Part shown: in pieces, positions 15,465 through 30,745 of the stretch | Layout: each line of letters opens with the position of its first letter | How positions within the stretch are numbered: the stretch's first letter is position 1 | The notes under the pieces: model-generated | The model's database searches: none | The model's input: the letters and a program-made list of their open reading frames with translations, nothing else | What the model was told of the DNA's origin: nothing | Assembly (NCBI RefSeq): GCF_009914755.1 | Contig: NC_060938.1 | DNA length: 64,000 nt | Origin: the human T2T-CHM13v2.0 reference genome, Homo sapiens | Reading direction: 5' to 3' (one strand) | Translations under genes and position numbers: made by a program

Positions 15465-18415
15465 TTAAATGTGTTTCATGGTGCATACAATATAGCAAAT
15501 GCATAATTTATATTTTCACTGAGTTTTCCATATTATTAATGGCCATGATTTTACTATAGCCTATAATTATTTTTCATACCCCTTTGAAAACTAAAATTAT
15601 AAGAAATTATTTTTTGCATTATTTAAGTACCTTTTCTCCTTTACTCTCATACATTAAAAAAATAGTTTTTGAAGATGCAGATAACTAACATAGATTCCTA
15701 CATTTTGCCTTCTTTGGGAAGAAAGCAAATTTTAAAATAAAGGAGGACTTGGATGAGGTTGCTGAGGTTAAAAATTATCTACCTAGAAAATTCTTTCTAG
15801 CTGAGGTATTTCAGAGTGGAAAAAAATGCTTGGAAAAAAACCTTCCTATCTTTGCCCCTAAGGAAATAAAGTTACAATGACAGTCACCTAATCTAATAAC
15901 TTCTCTTATTCCTGTCATAGGTTCACCTTGCAGGTGTACTGGTTTTCCTCATTTTCATTCTTTTCACTGATTCTTTTTTAGCCTCTGATTCCTTACTGAA
16001 ATCTATTGAAAAGTGCACAATTGCAATTTTAGCATTAAATTTCTCTTTAATACTGCTTGTCACTTTTCCTCTCATTGATTCAAAGCTACGTGCCAAGTCA
16101 ATGGAGCAATGTGAGTTTAATTCTTTCTTTGGTTTGGTTACCTTCCTTCTTCAAGCAGCAGCAATTAGAGAACACTACACCTTGGTCCTTTTTTTGATAT
16201 AATTAAATGAGTAATTCTTATAACTGTTTATTATTGATTCCCTCAACTTTTCATCCTTTCATTCTCTCTGCATTCCACTCGGCTCCCCCCAAAGTTAGCC
16301 ACAGCAGAAGTAGGACATCTGCTTGGAAAAACATTTAGATTGCTAATGATTCTTTTAAACATCTGTTACACTGCTACTGAACAGTTGTTGTTTCTTTAAG
16401 GAGGCTCAAGGGACAAGACCTATGTCACCTTAATAGTGAGTACTTTTTGGAAGTGGTAAGCCCTATGCCTCTGGGAGCCATGCAACAGTGCTATTGTATA
16501 CATACATAAACTTAATGCTTCTGGCCTTACATTTTATCTTTGTCCACTGCAGTATTTCTGATTATAGTACTTTGTGTCTGGTTATTTCAATACTTAATAG
16601 ATTTTTTTTGTCTTCCCACTCCATTACAGTTGTACTTTTAAAGAAAAACACTACTAAGCAGAAAACATATCTCATATCCTTATTGACTTAGATGTGAGCT
16701 TTTTATAGAAAAACTTCAAATGGACTTTGATACCAACATCTAAACCTGTACGATAATTCTTAATAAGGAAAAGACTTGAGAAAATAGATTGGGATTAAAG
16801 TTTCTAGAATTTTCTTTTCAGCAAATGTATACATACTCATTCACAAATACTTTGCATAAAAAGAAATAAAAAAGAATTTATTTTTAATGTGTCTTCTCAG
16901 AGTATCCTGAAAATACTCTCTCCTGTTCCCATGTTGCAAAAGAGAATGTTTCTCACACACCCAGAATACAGGGGCCAGAAATTACTGGTGAGACAAGGTA
17001 TGATGCACATCAAAATTAACCCTCTGGTAATTCGACAGAACGGTAAAATATCTAGAAGGAATTTTAGAGACTCAGGTCTGGCCAAAAGAAAACTGGCATC
17101 TGAAACAGACCTTAAAACAAATATGAGATTATTGTATTTTGCTAATTCATTTTCCTCTCAATTTTAGATTACACCAAATCAAATATCTAAGGGAATTGCC
17201 ACTTGGCTTTTATTTATTAATCTTTCCTATATACAAATATATATAGAGAGAGATAACAGATACTAGATAGATGACTACCTTTCTCATATTCTGCACAGAC
17301 TCACTATTTCCATCGTCTTTCCTCTGCAAAAAGCCCTATTGTAACCTCTGTGGATAAATTAATTAAGATGCTGGGAAAAAATAACCTACTGTCTTTATAG
17401 GAATTTATATAACTACAAAGAATATCTTCAACTTTATATAACAAATTATAACTCTAAGATCAATGATGTGAACCAGAGATTATTTTTCCACTAACACATT
17501 GAGGTAATTATTGTGGTTTTAGTATTATTATTACCTTTGTAAAATTCAAGTTAAATATGAGGACAAAAATCAAACAAGTTAATTCAACTCATTAGGTTCT
17601 TCCACTTTTGACTTTCACTTAGCTATTACTAGTTTGGGTATAGTGCTCCAGCATTTTAGACATTTATTAAGGAGTTTATTCTAAAAAGTAAATCACTGGT
17701 AGTTTGTTAAACCAATTAAATGAAAACCAATCGAGTTATAAGTTTTCTCTGGAATGTATAATGCAATTTTATGTGAAGGTGTAGAATTTAAAGCAAAATA
17801 TGTTTAGTTCTTTCCTCCTAACATTGTTCAGTAACTGATATTATATTACTTGATTGATAAGTCATTGGAATTAAAAAATATTGTTTTAGACAACAGCTAT
17901 TAACTGACATATTAGAAGTGAATAGCATGGTTTAAACAGATCATGCATTTATATAAAAATTAGTACAAGAAAATACTATTTAGTACAATTCAAAATATGA
18001 CAACTAGCATGTCCTTTAGTTGACTGTAAATCCAGGATACCCTGACTTTTAGATCATTATGTTTTTCAAATACACTAAAATCATGCATCATAATTGAGTT
18101 TTGATTTAATCACATAAAATGGGATTCCTACATCTAAAGTTTAAGCACTTAAGCATTTTATTATATCACTCTGTTAAATTTTAATTAAAAATTCAATTGT
18201 AAACTTTTTAATTAAAAACATTAATATCATTGTACAGTCTTTTCCTCATTACTTCACGTATACCTCAATCCTAGAACCTTGTGATTCCTATTCAATGAGA
18301 TGTTGCAGATAAAAATGGGAGACCTCAAACAATCCAAAGTAGCCTTATTCTAGTTCAGTCCCTATCAGTAAAGAAGTCTTCAAAGTAGTTATTTTATTTA
18401 ACGGTTTGTAAGGCT

Positions 18416-18628
18416 TGCTTTCCTTTCACCTTTCTCCCTTCCTTCCTTCCTTCCTTCCTTCCTTCCTTCCTTCCTTCCTTCCTTCCTTCCTTCTTTCCTT
18501 CCTTCCTTCCCTTCCCTTCCCTTCCTTCCTTCCTTCTTCTTTCCTTCCCTCCTTCCTTCCTTCTTTCTTCTTTCCTTCCCTCCTTCCTTTCTTCTTTTTC
18601 TTTCTCTTTCCTTCTTTCCTTCCTCTTT
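18416..18628. repeat. (TTCC)n/(CTTT)n polypyrimidine tract
   Basis: About 210 bp of almost pure pyrimidine on the + strand. Confidence 0.97.
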
Positions 18629-18636
18629 TTAAAATT

Positions 18637-18775
18637 TGCTATTTTAACATCTCTACATGCTATTTTAACATCTTACAGTTAATGACTAATCGCAATTGAA
18701 TACATATTTTTATTTCTTAGTGAACACAAAATAATGATACATCTTACTCTAATGACATCTTAGAGTCAATAACAC
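18637..18775. mobile_element. MER104-like (TcMar) remnant
   Basis: ATTTTAACATCTCT and CATCTTAC..ATGACATCTTAGAGTCAAT resemble the recalled MER104 consensus. Confidence 0.4.
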
Positions 18776-21700
18776 AAAAAGTAAGTACTAAAAATATATT
18801 GAACTTAGAGAGAACACATTGGTTGGATTCTGTACACTATTTTTTTAAGCAACAGCTAACAATCGATGTTTTTTATCCTTTCTGAGTTACCTACAATCAA
18901 TCCTAGCCACTCACTAAAATTTTAAAGCTATTTATTTTCTCCTTCATTTTCCTCTCAGCCAATTCTCCAAATTATAAGTTTAAGAGAAAAAACAGTGACC
19001 CTGAAGGGCAGAAGATGTAGATCATATCTGCCAGATCATGAGAACACAGTACTCAGCATTTTGCAGAACACTAACTATGAGATACTCAAGTGCATTATTA
19101 TAATGCCACATCCAAAATCATCTAGCATATTGTCAGGTGGTATTTCATTATGTGAATAGATTTTCTCCACATATCTTAAACTTTAAAAATACTTACCCAG
19201 TCAAAAAACTTTACTTATTTATAATGTAATATTCTGCTAGACTGTCTAAAAACAGCAAAGTTTATGCTGGAGACCATTGTGTTATTTTACTTGAGCTTCT
19301 GCACATACATACAACAAAGCATCAATGCCATGGCCTTAGGCACTGCCTTGTCTTTCTTGCCATTGCTATCGTTAGGGAAAAAAGTGAAAAAGTTAGGTAA
19401 GTGACGTGGCCCTTTATCTATTGAGTATTCAGAACTCAGTAAGATAAAAAGATCTATTTGGGTAAGTCTTTCCAGAAAACATAACATCAGCAGCAATGAC
19501 ATGAATGTGAGCTATTAGCTCCCTCTATATTCATATATAGGAGGAGGAAAGGAGTTGAAATGGGCAAGCCAATTTATGCTTTTTCTTATTCTTTTTGTCT
19601 TTTTATTCAAGGGAGATGGCAGTCCTTTCCATTTAGCACCACTCGGGTTCCCTTAGGTGAGTCACTGTCACCTTGGTGAGTCTCGACTGCCTTGTAATGT
19701 CTGGTCTTACTAGCCTGTGTCAGACACTCTATCTCAAAGGCCATGTGTATGTTTGCATATGCTTATACCTCAACATAAACACATATATTGCCAAATTTGG
19801 ATTTAATAGGCACACATTAAACAAAGCATAGCTAGTACATCTATTTACTTGCCATTCCATGGCAAGCAAAAGCCATGGAATTGTGCATAGAGGCTCTGGG
19901 TTATGTTTATTCTAGAATAAGCAATATTTAAAAACTCATTTTAATCTTTCAGTTCCTTAGAAGGTCAAGATCATTATACATTTTTCTTGGACTGTTTAAT
20001 TCATTGTTCCCACTTACATGGCTGCCTTCATTACCATGCATATATAAAATGACAGGAAAAGTTTATGGAGGGCAGCTAACTTCAAAATATGCATTAGTAT
20101 AGAGAATAAGTAATATTCATTATCATCATAAATTTGGGGGGTTCTTTTTAGTAGGCCTTATGAGAAACGGCTTTCTTATAGTCCTAAAATATAGTTTGAA
20201 AGGAGCACTAATGTTGGCAAGGAATAAAGAAAGAAAAGAGAGAAATAAAGAAATTGCTGTTAAACCATTTTCTTCATCTACATTTATTATATTTGATACT
20301 CAAATTTTGGGGAAAAGAAATTCCAGTTCTCAGGGTATGCATATTAGCAACAAGGAATACAGAACCAATATTATTTCATTCGAGTTTAAAGTTAGCCTGT
20401 TTTATGTCTTTGTTCACATAAGAGCTGTGGGAAGAAAAAAAAAAGAAAAAAGAATAAAGCAAAGGCCAGTTCTTAAGCCAATCAAACGTTTTACTCCCAC
20501 CTTGTGGCAGTGTGGCTACATGGCTAGTTTTCCAAAATGAGACCTCATAATTTTGATTGAAGTGACTTATTTTTATATTGTCTTATCCACTGATGAAAAT
20601 AAGATTGATGAAGAAGGGGCTTTGTGATTCACCTAATACAGGTTTGTGATGCAGGGCTTTTGCAGGAAGCCAGTCAGCAAAGAGCAATATGAACAGTGCT
20701 AATCAATTAGGGAGACAGTAAAATCTAAGCAATATAAACGGTGCTACAGAATAAATAGGCTTATTTTCTTGAGTTTGAATATTGAATTTAAAGAAATTTG
20801 TAGGCTCCAGCTATACTAACAAACCCTGTATGTCAAAATTCAAAATTATTTTAAATATCAAAATTATTTCACAAACCTAACTTAGAGTGTTAATAAAAGC
20901 AAGCTTTCTCGTTCAGTTTCTTTTAACATTGAAGATATACAAAGACACTTATAAGATACCTCTAAAAACATACTACATAAATCAGATTTTCTGTAAAAGT
21001 ATAAGGAAAACTGAACTTGAATGTTTATTTATGTGATTTTATTTCTCTCTTTCCTTTTCCTTTTTCATTTCTAAGGATTGAAAAATAGAAAAGGAATCAT
21101 TGGCTGGTAAGTTAGCAAAATAGATCTGAGAGCATTTTTTTTTTAAATATCTTGCTACTCTTGCTTATTCCGTGGTTTAATACTCCAAACTATCGGCCAA
21201 AACTCCACCTGTCTTCTCTCTCAGATTGATTTTACTATCTCCCTAATTGAGTTTAAAATTCATCTTTATTAGAAAGAAAACTCAGCGTCTCTCAGCTAGA
21301 ATAAAATAAAGGCATCTTAGTTTCAGGACGAAACCAGCCTGGAAGCAGGGACTCTTTCTCCTGTACTACAGCCAAGGGGCTTCTTAAAGGCATCTGTGAA
21401 TCCTGCCCCTTTGTCTTCACTACTGCCTGGCAATTTCCGGAGACAATCAGCTTTCTATTTTCCAAGGGCTCTCTCTACCAAAAGCTGTGTTAGTCCAAGT
21501 GCAATTTAACTTATGACTAGTAGCCTCTGTCTGAGGTTTGGGTTGACTTTACATTAAAACTTATCAGAATGAGTTCAGGAGAATAAAATTAAATGTGTTT
21601 TCTTGATCCACAAATGTAGGAAAGTATGAATGAGGAATTAGCCTAATTTATGAAACAATTTCTAATTCATCTGAAATTGGGTATTCCCTTTTTTAAAAAG

Positions 21701-21948
21701 TCCTAAATAAATATATCTGTTCATATTTTTTGTTTGCAAAATGTAAAATGATTCAGATATAATTTTTTTATGCTTCTCAATTTTGAGGATTGCAGCAACT
21801 AAAAGCACTGTGATTTCGGTACATTTCGGTCCTCAGAACATTCTTTTCATTCAGATCCCCATATTTTTTTTATCGGTTACTAAAAAATAAATAATAGAGA
21901 GAGATAAGGGATTTTTCCCAGTACTTAATTATGTTATCCACTATCTAA

Positions 21949-22324
<376 letters not shown>

Positions 22325-22358
22325 CATTCTTTCCTTTAAATACAACATTAGGCATTTA

Positions 22359-22814
<456 letters not shown>

Positions 22815-23689
22815 TTATTTCACATGTAATATTATCACCTACGTAACTCATTTCCCAATTCTAGAAAACAGAGAAGAGTTGTTCTATTAACCATCTTTAG
22901 AGAGAAAGAGGAAAAAGCATATACTTCCTATTTTTTTTTTCGTAACACTTGTTTCTTTTGTACTTGGGGAAGATTTTTTTCTCACAAAACTGTTACTTGG
23001 AGTTAGGTACAAGCTGGCTCTGTATATCTCGTCACACTCTCCACCTGCATCCTTATCTGAATGTCTTATCTGGGAGAATTTGAGTATTGTTTATTGATGT
23101 TGCACTCCTGCCTGACTGCATGTTAAACCAGTCTGCCATCCCTTTAAGAGGTAAGCTACAGTAATAAATGAAGTCAGAATTCTTTATTCCTCATCTGGCA
23201 CACATCGTTTGTTTTCTTAGAGGAGGTAATGCAAGACTGCATTCCAACCTTGAATTTCTTTTCTTTTCCAAGACCTAAGAATGTTTCTTCCATTGTGACA
23301 GTTTTTTTTTATTTTGTTTTTAACAATCACGTACTTTATTGTTCTGTCTATTTAGAATTTAATCCTAGGTGTTTTCACGGAAGACAGGATTTTTTTTCCT
23401 TTCTTTTTTGTTTTGGACAAATCTTGTCCCAACAACGTTAAGAAATGCTAAAGTTGCTAGTATATCTGAATTGTCTTTTATCTTCTAAATACCTAAATAA
23501 CATGGTATCTCTGGATCAGACAACATACTCCAAAATGGCATGAATATATTCCTCACTTCTGATCAAAAGCAGGGAGCTCAGACTTTAAAAAAATAATGGA
23601 CAGTTAGAATTTTTTTTACTTTTTTAACTCAAAGTATATAGACAGTAGTATCTGTATAACTCATTAATTACTTATGATTTTCTATTCTT

Positions 23690-24200
23690 AAATTTATTAC
23701 CTTAAATTTTTTTTGTGATTACACATGTAGAATATACCATTTTAGAGAAATTAGAGAATGATCATAAGGAGTGAATACCAACAATAAAAAACACAATCTA
23801 GAGAAAATCACTCTTGACGTTTTGTAGTGAAACTATCCAAACCTTAATTATATTCTACAGTAAAAATGTTCTATAAAATACTTAACTTGGTCTCTAGTGT
23901 TGTACATTTAGGTTGTTTGAATTTTATTCAATGAGAAATTGAGCATATAATGAAAATACATCTCCCTACAAATCTCTGATTATTCCCTAGGGTAGGTTTC
24001 TAGAAATGTCATTGTTGAATTAGAAGTACACACATTTACTTTTAAGGAAAGCCATTGGATAAAACTATTATTTACATCACTACCAGCAGTAACTGGAAGG
24101 GACTATTTCCCTGCAACTTTGCCAACACTGAATAATATGTGTTTATTCCTACTCTTACAAGTTTGTTAGGGTAAGATAGCATATTGTTGTAATTATTAAA
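23690..24200 (-). mobile_element. Ancient L1ME-type fragment
   Basis: ACATTTAGGTTGTTT..GATTATTCCCTAGGGTAGGTTTCTAGAAATG..TTTACATCACTACCAGCAGT..TTTGCCAACACTG. Boundaries approximate. Confidence 0.55.
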
Positions 24201-25785
24201 GATAATATAAATATACATTATTAAAGTGGGTAGTCTGTCAATGATGAAAGGAGGGAATATCAGGAAAAAATACTTTCAAATGACAATGTAAACTTAAAAT
24301 TAATTATTCCACACACTCTTAATTGAAAATCTAGTTATCATATTCTGTTCATCATCTCTCTTATTTGGAATTTGTGATTTCTTACTCAGCCATTTTAATA
24401 TTTACCAAACACTCACAAAAATACATTTGCTCTCTTCCACTGTTTATACTTCAGTGGCAAAAGAAAAATAATAAATAGTCTTAAAATTAGTGTACTTGAA
24501 CATTACAAACAATTTAAAATTTATAATAAATAGTTTCAGAATATAAAGTTAAAGCCAATAAGGAAAGTCTAAGTCCCTTTGTAAGCTATCAAACTATATG
24601 AACCAATGTATCATTTTATAGTCTGAGAATAGACTACTGAATGAATATAGGTTAGCAGCAGGGAGGAAAATAACTACAGAAGTAATAAAGCTCAGATGCA
24701 CACATATGCATATTTCATATCTACACTACAGAAAAATAACAGGTTTGCTTAGTGGATAGTGACTTTCATTGATAAGGATGACCCCTAAACCCATGTAGTA
24801 CTGGGTGAATTGTGCAAATGAATGTCCACATACCACAAATCTAAATGTTTAAAAGTTAAAATTTCAGCTATTTTTACAGCTGGTACAAGTTTTTATTCAG
24901 GGTCCCTCAGCTTGCACTTTGAAAATTTCCCTCAGGACCAAAGCTAAAAGAAAAGAGGCCCTAGGGAGTACTGGTTACTGAGAGCACCCATGTCTCTGGT
25001 CAGGACAAGGCAGGAACTAGTTCAGTGATCAGGATTCCATGGAGGAATCCCACCTGTACAAGCTTCCTGGGAGCCAGGGCTAGCAATTTCTTTTTTCTAT
25101 GCTTCAGTTTTTCAAATCCGGATGTCTGGGAAGTTCCGAATCCCTCCCAAGAGGACATTATTAGAAAAGATGGGAAGGTAGGAACGCAGTCTTCTGGGGA
25201 AATTCGTCAGTATGCACACTCTGGGTGACTTGGGCAGCCAAAGAGAATCAAGATCAGCCACTTTTCTCCAGTGTCTCAGGGCAGAAGTGTGCTTTTTGCT
25301 CTTCCTGGACACACGGCCCTGCTTCCATCCTCCTATACTGGCTGGGAGCACAGTTCAGCTCCATCTTTTCCTGCCTTCATTCCTCTCCATTTATCAGTTG
25401 CCAAATTTCCTAAAACAAACAAACAAACAAAAACCTTCTTATGGTATCGCAAAGAGAAAAGTTATTTTATTCAAACAGAAAAGTGATTTTATTTTGGTAT
25501 TTGTGATGTTTGTGCCCTTAAAATGGGGTCCCAGGGCAGGAATGCCTGTAGTCCAGGTTTAAAGATGATCCTGGTCTTGAGTGTGGCTACCCGTTAGTAC
25601 ACCAGAGTGAGTGATGAAGTACCAGTAAAGTTGGCTCAGACTCATTAGGCACTTGATTATTTTAATTAGGACTTTGTTGATTAAAGAATATCGCTTTGCT
25701 TCTCTTTATGTGAGTTTTTTTTTATTTTGTAAAATGAGTAGACTGAATATAATCTCTGAAGACCTCTTTTGTGACAACAAACATC

Positions 25786-27720
<1,935 letters not shown>

Positions 27721-28102
27721 GAAAATTCTACAACTTTAAAGTAGAAAAAAATATAGATTAGAAACAAAAATGGGAGTAAAGTATGACTTTGTTTTTAATT
27801 CTTGAATGATTATTACTTAGGTATTATCATTTCATTAAAATCCTCATATTTCTGGGCCTAAAAAAAAAAATCTGAAGTTCTGTGATGTTAAATACTATAG
27901 ATGAAACTTTATCTGGCTTAGTGCCTTCTGGAATCCATTGCCCAGAAGTGAATAAGGGCATTTGAAACTAATAAGAGAATGAGAATGAGGTCCTCTTATC
28001 ATGTGACTTTGAAATGGCTACCTACATGCACCCCACTGGGAAGTTCACTCCATGCTCTTATAAATTACTAAGAAGAAAGGGTAGCATAGAAACATACATG
28101 GG

Positions 28103-28130
28103 CACACACACACACACACACACACACACA
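28103..28130. repeat. (CA)n microsatellite
   Basis: Read directly from the sequence. Confidence 0.97.
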
Positions 28131-28274
28131 GCGCCAGATATATCCCACCAGAAATATCCCACTTGAAGTAGTGTTCTAAATTTTAAGAGCAAAAATGCTA
28201 TGTTAAAAATTCTTCAGATTTGTCATCATCTTAGTTTCCGCAATTTCCATTTAGCATATTTTAAAATGATGCAA

Positions 28275-28448
28275 TTTTTTTTTTTTTTTTTTTTGAGATA
28301 GAGTCTCACTCTGTCACCCAGGCTGGAGTGCAGTGGCTGGATCTGGGCTCAGTGCAAGCTCTGCCTCACGGGTTCATGCCATTCTGCCTCGGCCTCTCCG
28401 AGTAGCTGGGACTACAGGCACCCGCCACCATGCCCGGCTAATTTTTTG
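28275..28448 (-). mobile_element. 5'-truncated AluY (right arm plus part of the linker)
   Basis: T20, then TGCAAGCTC..GGGTTCATGCCATTC (Y-type). Degenerate TSD AATGATGCAATTTT / AATGATACCGAATTTT. Confidence 0.92.
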
Positions 28449-30534
28449 AATGATACCGAATTTTAACGTCTCACTTCATTTTTTGTATATTAGAATAATT
28501 ATATTCAGAAAATAATTGAAATGGTCATAGAATTTTACAGCATAAATAGTATAGTTTTCCTGAACTCCTTCAATATTATTCAAAAATGTTTTTCTTGTTT
28601 AATGTTATTTTTGTTTATCTGTCTACTTAAGAAGTGACTACTGTGGACTAGGCATATTATCACTTTGAAAATATAAGAAAACAAAACATATTTCTTGTTA
28701 CAAATTGTTATGATATAGCTGGGACCCACAAGAATAAATTCAAAGTTGTTATGGAGAATGACAAGGTTACAATGAAGGTATGCACTGGTTTGGACATCCT
28801 ACTGATTCTCTTTTTTCAAATACCACTTTTTGAAGTTTTTTTTTTTCTTTTTTTAACACAGCTTTAGTCAGGGAGCTCTTTTCAAAAGGGAAAACAGCAG
28901 AATCTATCCATTTTAATATATGCATATGCATATTTTTATGCAATACTATAAAGTGGCAAATGACCTGAGTTTTCTTGTGTACTTCCTCAATAGAATGCCA
29001 CCACTATTTTTTGAGCCCCTAGCAATGCAAAGCATTTTATAAGGAAAAATTCAGAAATTTTTTTAAAGGTTCTGCAGCTCATAATTTGACTACACAAGCC
29101 AAGTGGAGTAAAGATTACAGTAAAATATATAGAGAGATAATCTGATCAAGGTAGAAATCCTGTCTCTGATTACTCTAGTGTAAATACATGCCACTTTGAC
29201 CCACTGAGGACCAGAACTGTCTGCATTATCTCAGACTGAAACAGAACACTGTGGGAGATCTGAAAAGGCAATTGAAACCACAGTGGGGAAACTTGTTATT
29301 GGATTTTTTAAAAATCTCATGTCTTGTGACATACTAGCATTTGAGAAGGTCAGCCTCGTTGAGGAGTGGATACTTTAATAACAAGTATCTGTTCTTAACA
29401 AACTTCACTTGATACTGTAATTGACTTCACCTCTGTGAGATTTTTATTACTGTGGATTTTCATCCTAAATTGCCACTGAATAATGCCTAGTGAGTATCAC
29501 AGACCTCAGATTACAAAGTGGGCTCTGTGGTTGACAGCCTCTTTTATGGAACCATTGCCAGTATATAAATAGGATGAAAACATTTTTGTAAGATGCTTAT
29601 ATTTGACCCTTGCAATAGTTATCTGTTAATATCACTGTGCTACTGGCAAGGAATTACTTTTCCCTCCCCAGAATCTTCATGGTTGATCGTGAACTCCAAC
29701 AGAACTGAACTAAAATTTCAACTTTGTGTAAAATTTCTTGTAAAAACTGCCATCTACTTGTAATATAAAACCGTTTTGATCAGTTATCTTTACCATATTG
29801 TTTAAAAGATTCACATAAATTAGAAAGTAAACCCTCCCTTTAAGATGAGATTAGAAACACTATCAGAAATTATGGAGTCAAGTTAAAATGTCAAGCTTTC
29901 TTTTATATCAACTTTCTCTTATGCAGAGTCCTCACACAACTCAGGACAGTGGGTGAATGATTGCTTAAGAGGGCACCAGAGAAACTCAACCAAACCAGAG
30001 AGCAAAATGTCAGGAAGGATCCTTTTCATAGACTATTAATTAGCAGGTGTCTAATAAATCTAGTTAAATGCATTTTCTCTGGTAAGGCTAGTAGGAGGAA
30101 TCGCAGCACAATCGATGCTAAGGTACTTTTGACACCAAACCAAGTTAGGACAGGCTGCAGTTTGGTGCAATCTGGTGCAAGACTTTTGAAAATAAAAAGG
30201 CTAAAAGCTCGCTTTGATTGGAAATGCAATATTTTTTAAAAAACCAAACAGGGGAAATCAGAAAGAAAACAAAACTGAGCAGGGCAGTGAAGAAAACAGA
30301 ATCAAATTAGTTTTCCCCTTAATGACTCCACATAAATGAAGATAATTAATCCTTTATTAATATTTAAAGTGCTTTTTAATAGAGATTTATGTTTATATAG
30401 TAAAAGGTGAATATTGTCATTCCTCTTCACTGTAAAATTTCTTCCCTATGAAAACCCAAATCTATATCAATGACAATATTTCACACTACCGAAATGGTAT
30501 ACCCAAATGCTACACCAGAAGGAAAAAAGGACAT

Positions 30535-30745
30535 TGCCATTTATTAGGTGCCTACTATGTGCTAGAGACATCAATATCAATTAATTAATTATCCATAGCT
30601 GTTCTATGTTTTAGTCATTATTTTGCTTTTGCAGATGATGAAAAAAGAAAGAGTCAAATTATATATGTTCTTCAGATTCAAACAACGTGTCAGAGACTAA
30701 GCTAACATTTGACTGCGTTTAGTTTGACACCAAAGTCCATGTATA
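30535..30745 (-). mobile_element. MIR fragment
   Basis: CCATTTATTAGGTGCCTACTATGTGCTAG..TTTTGCAGATGATGAAA..TTTGACACCAAAGTCCATG. Confidence 0.65.

Noticed and set aside
18637-18673. 16-bp direct repeat TGCTATTTTAACATCT as a TSD (similar short duplications near 34450 and 58137)
   Set aside because: Only a 5-nt spacer and no tail; ordinary local tandem duplication.
19197-19245. 49-nt - strand segment with good acceptor (TGTTTTTAG) and donor (TGG|GTAAGT) as a coding exon
   Set aside because: Stop codons in all three frames. It could only be a non-coding or poison exon, and nothing else supports that.
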